From Octopus bimaculoides (lineage: Eukaryota): a stretch of 51,510 bases of DNA. The DNA is taken from contig NC_068981.1 of NCBI RefSeq assembly GCF_001194135.2, positions 72,108,142 through 72,159,651 on the forward strand, read 5' to 3'. Made by a program: the position numbers and the translations under genes. The notes below the pieces were generated by a model. That model ran no database searches, was not told the origin of the DNA, and saw only the letters and a program-made list of their open reading frames with translations. Of this stretch, positions 9,976-20,044 are shown in pieces. Each line of letters starts with the position of its first letter. Position 1 is the first letter of the stretch.

Positions 9976-11743
9976 CCGTGAGTTTACTAGTCGGACGTGT
10001 TATTACTCGCTGCGATTTTTTTTTAGTATAACGCCACTATTGTTTGGTGGGCGTTGCTGAGATGGAGAAAATGAAGACGTATGCAGCAGCGACGGGGAGT
10101 CGAGCTTCCGTCGTCCCAGGTCTGCTGAAGCAATATGAAATACATTGGAATGAAGACATGGCTGAGAAAATTGAAAAATGTAAAGAAATGATAAAGAAGG
10201 AGGGGCCAAACATAAAGTTGACCCCATCAGAGGAGGAAAAGACGAAAATGGAAATTGGAGTTGTGGAATATAAATCCTTTTCAAGGAAAAATAAAAGCAT
10301 AGACAATGCAACGAAGGAGGAGGTGGAAAAGTGTTTGAAGGAATTGCAAGAAGATGTCTTTTTTTACTAGAGGCAAGACATACGCATCTGTAGAAATAAC
10401 ATATGTATCGGAGGAGGCAGCAAAAAAAAAAAAATACGCCAATAAAACACTCGCCAAAGGAAATTGGATGCTCTTTCCCAATAAGTTGGGTAGACGTCCA
10501 ACGTGGATTAGAGTGGGTAGGATCCCACCGAAAATAGAGTTGGAATGGGTAATGGCAGCAGTTTTTCATGAAAGAGAAGGAGAAGATGTAAGGATAATTA
10601 TGATAAGCAGAACCCAACAAATAAATTGTTGGGGATATGGATTGAATGTGCTTTTTATAGCAAGTCAGAAAGTTTACAGTGACATACCAGAGATACTGGA
10701 ACTGCCTAACGAGTACAAACTGGACATAATGTTGGAGGGGAGACTTCCAAAGCGCTACGAATGTGGCAAAAGAGGTCACATTAGAAGAAGGTGCCCAGAA
10801 ATAATGGAAAACAAAGAAATGGAAACGCAAGAAGGCGTGATAGAGGAGAGGAAACAGTTACAGGAAGAGGAGCAGAGAGCTGATTTTGAGGAAGCTAAAT
10901 CAAGGAAGTGAGAAAGGAGGAGCTCATCGCCGAAAGTCGAACAAGGGAAAAAAATGCAAATCGTGGGATCACTGAGGAAAGAATATAACAGCAGCAGAAC
11001 ATTACCACAGAACCATACAATCTCACAATCGCACAGACAGACAGATAGATACACAGATGCATAAACACACAGGCATACATACACTCGGAAGCGAAGAAAA
11101 TAACGCAGAGTTGCAGAAACCTAAAAGCACAGAACCTGAAAACACAGACACACAAACACAACATGCAGACTTAGTCACACAAACATGCAGAACCACAGAC
11201 AGATAAACACACATATAGTCACAAAGAAATATAGAAGAACAGACACATGGTAGTACAGAATCACAAAAACAAAAAAAGAACAGACGCAGGAGGTACATAG
11301 GAACGGCATATATTTGATGTCATATCGATACACACAAAAAATAGAGAAGATATCCAAAATAAAAGACATTGTCAAAGTGGACCTCTCGGACCGTTGCGAT
11401 AAGGAGGCGAGATGGATTTTAATNNNNNNNNNNTCCCGAGGTGAATTTCGAACCCAGTGCTCCAGTGGTGAACTACGATGAAATAAAAGATTATATAAAA
11501 TGGTGAGTAGTTTTATTTTGGATAAATTATTGAGATAATTTTGAAAAGAACTATCGAAGACTGTGAAAGGAACTACTAAGAACTGTTGAAATAATTGAAA
11601 TAACGCGCTGCTCTGGGGTGGGGCTGGGTGGCCGTCCCATCATCATTGTTTAATTTCATTGTTCCATTCTATCATGTGTTAATTGTCCCCGCATGTGTGT
11701 ATTGTCCCATCTGTGTTTAGCCCCTTGTGAGTAATAAAGAAAT
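9976..11743 (+). mobile_element. Element C: diverged second ORF1-type element of the same family
   Basis: TSD cggtatttcgtct (9963-9975) / tggtatttcgtct (11744-11756). The 3' end gccccttgtgagtaataaagaaat resembles that of element A. Contains a 10-N gap at 11424-11433. Confidence 0.82.
10062..11423 (+). pseudogene. Disrupted ORF1 homolog of element A
   Basis: TKEEVEKCLKEL..TRGKTYASVEITY..IRVGRIPPKIELEWVMAAV..EGRLPKRYECGKRGHIRRRC aligns with A (TEEEIEECLGEI..NRGRKFGTVEVRF..IRIPKVTPDIKPEWLVATV..EGRKPNCYICGERGHMKTKC). Frameshift at the T-run near 10359-10365 and stops in the linker. Confidence 0.82.
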
Positions 11744-11910
11744 TGGTATTTCGTCTGTCGTCGCATTCTGAGAACAAATTCCGCTGAGGTCAACTTTGAC
11801 TTTCATCCTTTCGGGGCCGATAAAATAAGTACTTGTGAAACAGTGGAGTCGATGTAATCGACATACCCACTTCCTCGAAATTGCTGGCCTTGTGCTAAAA
11901 TTTGGAACCA
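11744..11910 (+). mobile_element. SINE family 1 body, right part of the split SINE
   Basis: tggtatttcgtctgtcgtcgcattctgagaacaaattccgctgaggtcaactttgactttcatcctttcggggccgataaaataagtac...ccttgtgctaaaatttggaacca. Confidence 0.9.
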
Positions 11911-12298
11911 TTATTTATAACAATTAACTAGCAGGAGCTGTGGAAATTGCATGTTTATAAATGTTCTTTTTTGCATTTTAATGAATAACAATACTTCATG
12001 ACTTAAAAATTTCGATTGTACTTACTATTTCGTGCCGAAGAAAGTGCAAATTGTGAAGGCAAATTCAACATCAGTGAGATTTGAACTCAGAACATAAATG
12101 TTCCTAACCCAACACAGTAAAGCATTTAATGTTGCCGCTTCATAAAAATTTCAAATATTCGTACAAGGTAACAAATTGCAAGAGAGATCTCAGTCAATCT
12201 CACTTTTTCATAATTATTTTTATGGATGCACTGATGACAAGCAAAATCGGATAGGACGGAAAGTGAATTCAGATTGCAAAGGGTTGTAAATGAATACT

Positions 12299-12591
12299 TG
12301 TTGGCACTCCGTCGCTTACGACGTCGAGGGTTCCAGTTGATCCGATCAACGGAACAGCCTGCTCGTGAAATTAACGTGCAAGTGGCTGAGCACTCCACAG
12401 ACACGTGTACCCTTAACGTAGTTCTCGGGGATATTCAGCATGACACAGTGTGACAAGGCTGACCCTTTGAATTACAGGCACAACAGAAACAGGAAGTAAG
12501 AGAAAGTTGTGGTGAAAGAGTACAGCAGGGTTCGCCACTATCGCCTGCCGGAGCCTCGTGGAGCTTTAGGTGCTTTCGCTCAATAAACACT
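12299..12591 (-). mobile_element. SINE family 2, 5' part lost in an assembly gap
   Basis: Reverse complement of about 2150-2445, high identity. Confidence 0.9.
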
Positions 12592-13445
12592 NNNNNNNNN
12601 NNNNNNNNNNNNNNNNNNNNNNNNNNNNNNNNNNNNNNNNNNNNNNNNNNNNNNNNNNNNNNNNNNNNNNNNNNNNNNNNNNNNNNNNNNNNNNNNNNNN
12701 NNNNNNNNNNNNNNNNNNNNNNNNNNNNNNNNNNNNNNNNNNNNNNNNNNNNNNNNNNNNNNNNNNNNNNNNNNNNNNNNNNNNNNNNNNNNNNNNNNNN
12801 NNNNNNNNNNNNNNNNNNNNNNNNNNNNNNNNNNNNNNNNNNNNNNNNNNNNNNNNNNNNNNNNNNNNNNNNNNNNNNNNNNNNNNNNNNNNNNNNNNNN
12901 NNNNNNNNNNNNNNNNNNNNNNNNNNNNNNNNNNNNNNNNNNNNNNNNNNNNNNNNNNNNNNNNNNNNNNNNNNNNNNNNNNNNNNNNNNNNNNNNNNNN
13001 NNNNNNNNNNNNNNNNNNNNNNNNNNNNNNNNNNNNNNNNNNNNNNNNNNNNNNNNNNNNNNNNNNNNNNNNNNNNNNNNNNNNNNNNNNNNNNNNNNNN
13101 NNNNNNNNNNNNNNNNNNNNNNNNNNNNNNNNNNNNNNNNNNNNNNNNNNNNNNNNNNNNNNNNNNNNNNNNNNNNNNNNNNNNNNNNNNNNNNNNNNNN
13201 NNNNNNNNNNNNNNNNNNNNNNNNNNNNNNNNNNNNNNNNNNNNNNNNNNNNNNNNNNNNNNNNNNNNNNNNNNNNNNNNNNNNNNNNNNNNNNNNNNNN
13301 NNNNNNNNNNNNNNNNNNNNNNNNNNNNNNNNNNNNNNNNNNNNNNNNNNNNNNNNNNNNNNNNNNNNNNNNNNNNNNNNNNNNNNNNNNNNNNNNNNNN
13401 NNNNNNNNNNNNNNNNNNNNNNNNNNNNNNNNNNNNNNNNNNNNN
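12592..13445. other. Assembly gap (N run)
   Basis: N run. Other gaps lie at about 11424-11433, 17468-17812, 18967-18976, 32144-32955, 39324-39495, 41812-42011, 42722-43053, 46820-47632 and 49867-50180. Confidence 1.
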
Positions 13446-13599
13446 AATACGACAACTTTAACACGAAATAACTTTAAAAATATAAACTTTTCTCAACAAC
13501 ACTAAGAGTAAAATATGTTTTATATGACACATTCTACCAGTGTCCCAAGTTTGAAAGTGTTTCGTTAGAAAACAAATGGTGTCCGCCAAATCAGAAAGA

Positions 13600-13787
13600 T
13601 CCCAGATTTTGACACAAAGCCAACAATTTTACGGGAGGAGATAAATCGATTACATCGATACCCATGCTCAACTGGTACTTATTTTATCGATTCAAAAAAA
13701 TGAATGGTAAAAACGACGTTGAAAGAATATGAACTCAAAACGTAAAGATGGGCGGCGCAGTAACGATTCTGTCAGCTCTCCGCCTTA
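13600..13787 (-). mobile_element. SINE family 1 with internal deletion
   Basis: tttgacacaaagccaacaatttt...gaactcaaaacgtaaagatgggcggcgcagtaacgattctgtcagctctccgcctt. Confidence 0.8.
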
Positions 13788-13799
13788 ATGAAGAGTAAT

Positions 13800-13985
13800 A
13801 TTGGTTTCAAACTTTGGCACAAGGACTGCAATTTTGGGAGAGGGGTAAGTCGATTCATCGACCCCAGTGATCAATTGGTACTTATTTTATTGACCCCAAA
13901 AGGATGAAAGGCAAAGTCAACCCCGGCGGAATTTGAACTCAGAACGGACAGACGTGCTAAAGATTCTGCCCGGTCATCACATTAA
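13800..13985 (-). mobile_element. SINE family 1
   Basis: tttcaaactttggcacaagg...aaaggatgaaaggcaaagtcaaccccggcggaatttgaactcagaac. Confidence 0.85.
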
Positions 13986-14029
13986 GGAAGAGCAATATTG
14001 CAATTAATTAATCGAATCGTGAATTGGGA

Positions 14030-14225
14030 GAATCGCTAGAACGTACACTAAAAGGCCAAATGGTGTTTAATTATAGCTCCTTAACTTCTGAGTTCAAATC
14101 TTGCCGGTATTGACTTAAGTTTTCATCTTCCGGGCTCGACAAAATAAGTTCTGATCAAGCGAAAGGTTCGATATAATAGACTATATCACCTCGCCCCAAA
14201 TACTGTCTCTGTAACAAAATAGCAT
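14030..14225 (+). mobile_element. SINE family 1, degenerate
   Basis: ttctgagttcaaatcttgccggtattgacttaagttttcatcttccgggctcgacaaaataag. Confidence 0.65.
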
Positions 14226-14249
14226 AATATACTTAGGTTTACTTTTGGG

Positions 14250-14445
14250 GATTGGTAGACACAGTAGAGTGACAAACAAAATGCCTGGGGGTTTCTAGTT
14301 TTAGACATTTATGTTCTGAGTTCAAATCATACTGTAGTTGAGTTTGCTTGTCATATTTTTTAGGTCACTAAAATAAAGTACCAGTTAAATCCTGAAGTCT
14401 TTTTAATCGACTTATCTCACTCTTTAAATTTCTGACCTTGTTCAT
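14250..14445 (+). mobile_element. SINE family 1, degenerate
   Basis: atgttctgagttcaaatcatac...taaaataaagtaccagtt...aatcgactt...tgaccttgtt. Confidence 0.6.
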
Positions 14446-16250
14446 TCTTCCATGGTCTCTATATCAGTGAAAGACTTTAGGTTGATGTGCACCTCTCACT
14501 AAAAATAAGAAATCTATGTTTCCTTCGCTCACAATATAGATTTATAAATTTTCTCTTTTTCATTTAAAATTTCTTATTAATTACAATTTTCTTGGCTACA
14601 GTAATGTTTCATTATAAATTTATCCAAAAATGAATATCAGTTTGTACGGAAAGCCACTGTGGAAGATTAACACGTATTCCCGACTTATTCATTTACATTC
14701 ACACACTTTGAAAAGTACAAATATTTCCATATTTATGTCCGAAAGAAGCAGTTTTATTTTACATTGATTATAGTGGAGACGATTGGCTGTCGGGTTAAAT
14801 ATTTTTACTTTATCTTTCCCGGCGTCACGCAATTCGATTCCCATATGAACCGGAGTTATCTTTAACATTTATCGCTTCAGAGTAGATTAATTCAATATCG
14901 TTAATATACTTGGTTGATATTCTATCCATTACACTACATCGTAATTACAGACAGCTAACACACACACACACATAGATACATATGTATTAGTTAATTTCTT
15001 CTGAATAATATAGTGTAGTTCTCTGCTGAGAGACCATAGCTTTTAGTGAGATGGAATTTAAATATCCCCAAAGGAAGGTAACAATTATCTATCAGCTTTA
15101 AGCCTAATATATAATCATTGTAAATCATACATAGCTGTCTCTTTATTGTTTAATTAAACCCTTTAAATCATTAACCACATGAAGGGTGCTACAAGCGATA
15201 GCTAAATGTTATAGAATAATATTAAGCTGATTACCTTGCAGTTTTAAGCGTCATATAATCATTGCATTTAAGTTTTGAAAGCTCAACCATAAAATCCCCA
15301 CAAGAAACTCAGGTTAATTCATTTACTGAAGTTCTTCGTTCAAATTTTTAAATTTTTAAATTAAAATACTTCTTTTTTCATGTTATTTTATCTCTTTCAG
15401 TAGCTTATCAGAACTTGATAGGAAATACGAAATATGAAAGAACTGTATAATAAAATGATATTTTTGTAGTTTTTTATTAAGCCGCAGAAAGTTAAACGCT
15501 ATAAAAAACGAGTGAATAGTTCGAATGAGTAACTGAAGATCGAAGTTATTCTTTCAGTTGGTTGTATTAATTACAAGTCCAGTTTCAGATTACAAAAAAT
15601 ATTCAGAAAATAAGATTAGATTGTGTTTATTATGCTCAAAGAGAAGTAAAACTGAAAAATGCTTTGCGTAAGTGCGTAACGGCGTACGTAAACCGAAACA
15701 CTTTCAGCCACACCGTTTTTGTTTGCAAGGAGTTACTAAGAAAATATGTTAATATCGTTTGCCAATCGACAGGGAATGTATATGTTAAAGTGCTGTCTTA
15801 ACGCCGTTGTCACCTGTTCTAAATTTCTTGATTTCATTTACTTAGTACAGCTTAAATGTTAACAACAAATATCAATCTTAATTTGTTCTATTTGTATTAT
15901 ACTAGGAACCTCCAGCATTGTATAATTTAGTTTTCAAGAATACTTCGTGTAATGCAACTGTGGCTGCCATCAAAATATTACACCACGACTATGTAAAAGA
16001 TTTAATCCATTACTGGGATCGATTCTTCACCTCTCCCGCTTTCAGGTTTTCTCCTTTTCTCTCTCTCTACCCACTCCCCATACCTTTCAGAAAGAAACTG
16101 GCTGTGCTCAAACTTGAACAAGGAAAGACTTTATCAGGATCAGAACATTTCAGATACGGCGTACATCGTACAAAAGAGTAGCCCCCTAAATGAAGTTTAC
16201 TGACATAACACGGATTTACACCTAATTTTCCCCCCGTTTTTTTCTTTACA

Positions 16251-16281
<31 letters not shown>

Positions 16282-16403
16282 GCGGCAGAAGTAAATAGAC
16301 AACCCATAAAATATCGTTTTATGTTTATTCTAACTTATAAAGATTTATATTTTTTATTAATTGACATTTTCATGTTTCAGGTTCTATATGTGATTGTTTA
16401 ATC

Positions 16404-17270
16404 ATGCCATGTACAAAAGAAGCTTTTGAAGTGCCTGAATTTCAAAGAGGCCGTATTATGGGTCATTTTGAAAGTGGACATAGGCAGTGTAAAATCGCAG
16501 AAAACCTTGGGCTCCTGCTTTCTATAGTTAATAGAGTGATTGCGCAATTCACCAGAGAAGAAGAGTCCACGTCTACGCGCTCAGCTCAACCAGAGCCCTC
16601 TGACAGGACCCTTCTCTTTGTTAAGAGAAGTGTGGAGGCTAATCCTCGTTGCAAGACCTTTAACCTAACAGTACAAGTTGATGTCAGTCCCAGAACAGCT
16701 GTCAGGTATCCCCACAGACTTGGTTACTATGGCAGAGCAGCAAGAAGGAAGTCACTTCTTCGACCAGCCAACACCAGGCGGAGAAAAGATTGGGCCAGTG
16801 AGATGGTGGAGAAGCCAGTAGCATTTTGGAACACTGTCATATTCTCTGATAAGTTCAGATTTGCTGCATTTCCTGACAATGGTCGAGTGTGGGTCTGGAA
16901 ACTCTGTGATCAAGAATTTAATGAGAAAAGATTGCAGTCAGGAATGAAACACGGCAACTATTCTGTGATGACCTGGAGAGCAATTTAGAGCAATGGTTAA
17001 TTAGAACTGGGGGAGTATGAGGGAAACATAGACTCGGATAAATATGTGTCCATATTGCAGAAAGGACTCCTTCTAATCTTCTCCAGTGGTGTGAAATGAT
17101 TAAAGAAGACTCTTTATTAATGGAAGATAGAGCTCCTTGTCGCACGGCTAAAATGACCCAAGATTTGTTGGATGAGAATGGCATTAAAAAGCTTCCATGG
17201 CCAAGCCAGTCACCACATATGAAACCTATTGAACACATCTGAGATATAACGGACAGGACACTTCATTAAA
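16404..17270 (+). pseudogene. Tc1-like transposase, disrupted
   Basis: EFQRGRIMG HTH start, WNTVIFSDK (first D), SVMTW, EDRAPC (QDNAPC-like), and WPSQSP.MKPIEHI near 17198-17240. Stop at 16986-16988. Confidence 0.85.
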
Positions 17271-17348
17271 AGAACAAGAGAGCATCTTCAAAGTCAGATA
17301 TTTTGAGATTACTGCCTGAAACTATATATATATATATATATATATATA

Positions 17349-17467
17349 GGTGCAGGCGTGACTGTGGTAAGAAGCTTGCTTCCCAACCACATTGTTCTGG
17401 CTTCAGTCCCACTGCGTGGCACCTTTGATACGTGCCTTCTACGATAGCCTAGGGCCGATCAAAGCCT
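17349..17467 (+). mobile_element. SINE family 3, 5' part (3' part in gap)
   Basis: ggtgcaggcgtgactgtggtaagaagcttgcttcccaaccacattgttctggcttcagtcccactgcgtggcacctt; tRNA-like head, shares sequence with 35088-35423. Confidence 0.8.
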
Positions 17468-17812
17468 NNNNNNNNNNNNNNNNNNNNNNNNNNNNNNNNN
17501 NNNNNNNNNNNNNNNNNNNNNNNNNNNNNNNNNNNNNNNNNNNNNNNNNNNNNNNNNNNNNNNNNNNNNNNNNNNNNNNNNNNNNNNNNNNNNNNNNNNN
17601 NNNNNNNNNNNNNNNNNNNNNNNNNNNNNNNNNNNNNNNNNNNNNNNNNNNNNNNNNNNNNNNNNNNNNNNNNNNNNNNNNNNNNNNNNNNNNNNNNNNN
17701 NNNNNNNNNNNNNNNNNNNNNNNNNNNNNNNNNNNNNNNNNNNNNNNNNNNNNNNNNNNNNNNNNNNNNNNNNNNNNNNNNNNNNNNNNNNNNNNNNNNN
17801 NNNNNNNNNNNN

Positions 17813-17985
17813 GCACACGCACACGCACACGCACACACACACACACGCACACACACTCACTCACACACACACTCACTCACTCACTCACTCACTCACTCAC
17901 TCACATACATACATACATACATACATACATACATACATACATACATACATACATACATACATACATTCACATTCACATTCACACA
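17813..17985. repeat. Compound microsatellite (GCACAC/CA/CACT/CATA/CATTCA)
   Basis: Direct inspection. Confidence 0.95.
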
Positions 17986-20044
17986 TAATAAATTCAGGAA
18001 TCAATACCAAGTCTGAGATTCGACTTGCCAGATGCTTATTTACAATATAAAATCTCTTCACAGATACATTTTTTACCACGTAATAATACTATGAACGTTA
18101 ACCCACGCGAATCATCACGAAATGATCGATGAACAAAGAACATTAAAACGCATTTACATTTTCTCGCAGACTTATGCTATTTTGATTAAGTAATAATTAT
18201 ATGCAATCGTAGATTTGATTTCAACTTTTCAAATATAGGATTTTAATTCAATAAACCGTTATTGTCAAAAATTGAATAGGCAGCTCTCATTCAACTAAGT
18301 AATGATGATATATCGTACTGCGATAATATTTTCAATAGAAATGTATTCCGTTGTGTTCATATCGATATTTGTGAAGGTATGAGTAGTTGAACATGATTAA
18401 TTACTTTCACTGACAAGGGACGTAGTCGAATTTGAATTTACTTAATGTAATATTAATCATGTTATGAAAACATCTGACCTCATTACTCTGAATCTTTCTG
18501 CAAAGAAGATTCTTAGCACACCAATTATTTGTACTGGTTTCTAAGCTCATCGGAAAGTATTTATGACAATGAAGATTGATATTTTTGTTTATCGACGAAG
18601 CAAATAACGACATTTTATAGCTGGCTATAAATGTCATTATCAATGTTAATAAATAATACTAATGATCATAAAGGAAATAAACATGTGATAACGACAAAAA
18701 AAAAATCTGTGAGTAAACTAACGCAATCTATTATTTTGATTATAGTAACATCCGAAATATTTTCTCCTAGCAACAATCTAATTCCATAATATTTTTAATG
18801 TACACTTAATTTATATTTTTTTTATAAAATAGTCAGAGGACGAGAGTCGATGGTCATGACCTTTGCATGACTTCCGAGACTGGTATTGGTGTGGTTGTTG
18901 ATGAGTGTACGTAAAAAGAAAACAACAAACGAATCTAACCCCACCCCACAAAAAAGACCCCCCCCNNNNNNNNNNCCCCCCCCCACAAAAATAGATAGGG
19001 TAGGAATTCTATAGGTTTGCAGTTCTAAAAAGGAGTGATTAGGTGAAATATTTAATGCATAATACTGGGGTGAGTCGCGGTAAAAATGACTGGAAAAGAA
19101 AAGCGATACAGGACAAGTAGGGTTAGAGGAGGGGAATGTGGAGTTCACGAGTTCTTTAAAGGAAAGTGCAGTGGAAAGTAGTGCCTCAGTAGAACGTGTT
19201 ATACTTAGACAGGAAGCTTGACTGTTTTCAACTAAGTTAAACTATCCTAAAGGTATTCAGGTTGTGGTGTTAAACCGGAAGGCATGTTGACTTATTGCAA
19301 CATCAAAGTAGAAAAATAGAACCTTCTTTGTTATTTTACCCTGGGCTTAGCTCTGATTGAGTAGACCTATGATCAGAAATATTTCAGTTATGATCATTCC
19401 CATGTTTTAGGGATATCTAAGACTACATTATCCAAAGTGTCCTTTCCCTTTTCTAAAACGGTAGGGTGTGTTGTGATGAGAGATTTAGCTACTATTTTGA
19501 GTAGGTTGAACGACCACGTAGAGGCTCCTGTGATATTAGAACAAGACATATCTTATTGGAGTCAGATCTCAGGCATAGTTTTTTTCTTCTGCGATCTGAA
19601 ATGACTTTACTTTGGCTAAAGAAGCTCTATCTCTCCTAAGACAGTTTACTTATATATGATTGCAAGTTTGCAAGGCTACCAGTACTGTAGCTGCTCAGCG
19701 ATAGAGGTTATTGCCTTTGTCATTTTGACCAATTCATAACAATACTTTTGCTCTCTATGAACTTGAAGTCTTACCAACTATTGTTATTTCTGCTAAACTG
19801 AAATAGACTGTTTCTAAATATCTCAATTATTTTCCAGGCTATCATCTTTGTTCTGTTATTCTCTACTTAGAAGATAAACATATATTCTATTTATGAAATG
19901 AATTATCCAGAATCTATTTCCGTCTAATATTTAAAAAAATTATTTTGCTTAATTCGCATGATCTCTTTAGGAAAGATTTCTTTTCTGTAATAGAGTTGGC
20001 GTATATCTTGTAGCAATACATATTTCTAATTTAGGCACAAGGCA

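Noticed and set aside
10354-10370. Possible programmed frameshift at TTTTTTTAC TAG between the two ORFs of element C
   Set aside because: The homolog A reads through this region in one frame and C has other disabling changes, so a homopolymer indel is the simpler explanation.
10003-10830. 275-aa minus-strand ORF
   Set aside because: Antisense shadow of the purine-rich ORF1 of element C; no recognisable motifs.
12570-13505. Long ORFs made of X residues or HT/YI/CV repeats (also near 17.4, 32, 39.3, 41.7-43.1, 46.8-48.9 kb)
   Set aside because: Artefacts of N gaps and dinucleotide microsatellites.
16090-16160. Possible host exon after a strong polypyrimidine tract and AG
   Set aside because: No recognisable protein similarity and no convincing donor site; cannot be supported without RNA data.
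18830-19150. 3' UTR of another Tx1-like element (C/G-rich tracts, minus strand)
   Set aside because: No coding motif, no TAAAGAAAT terminus and no TSD; it also spans a gap.
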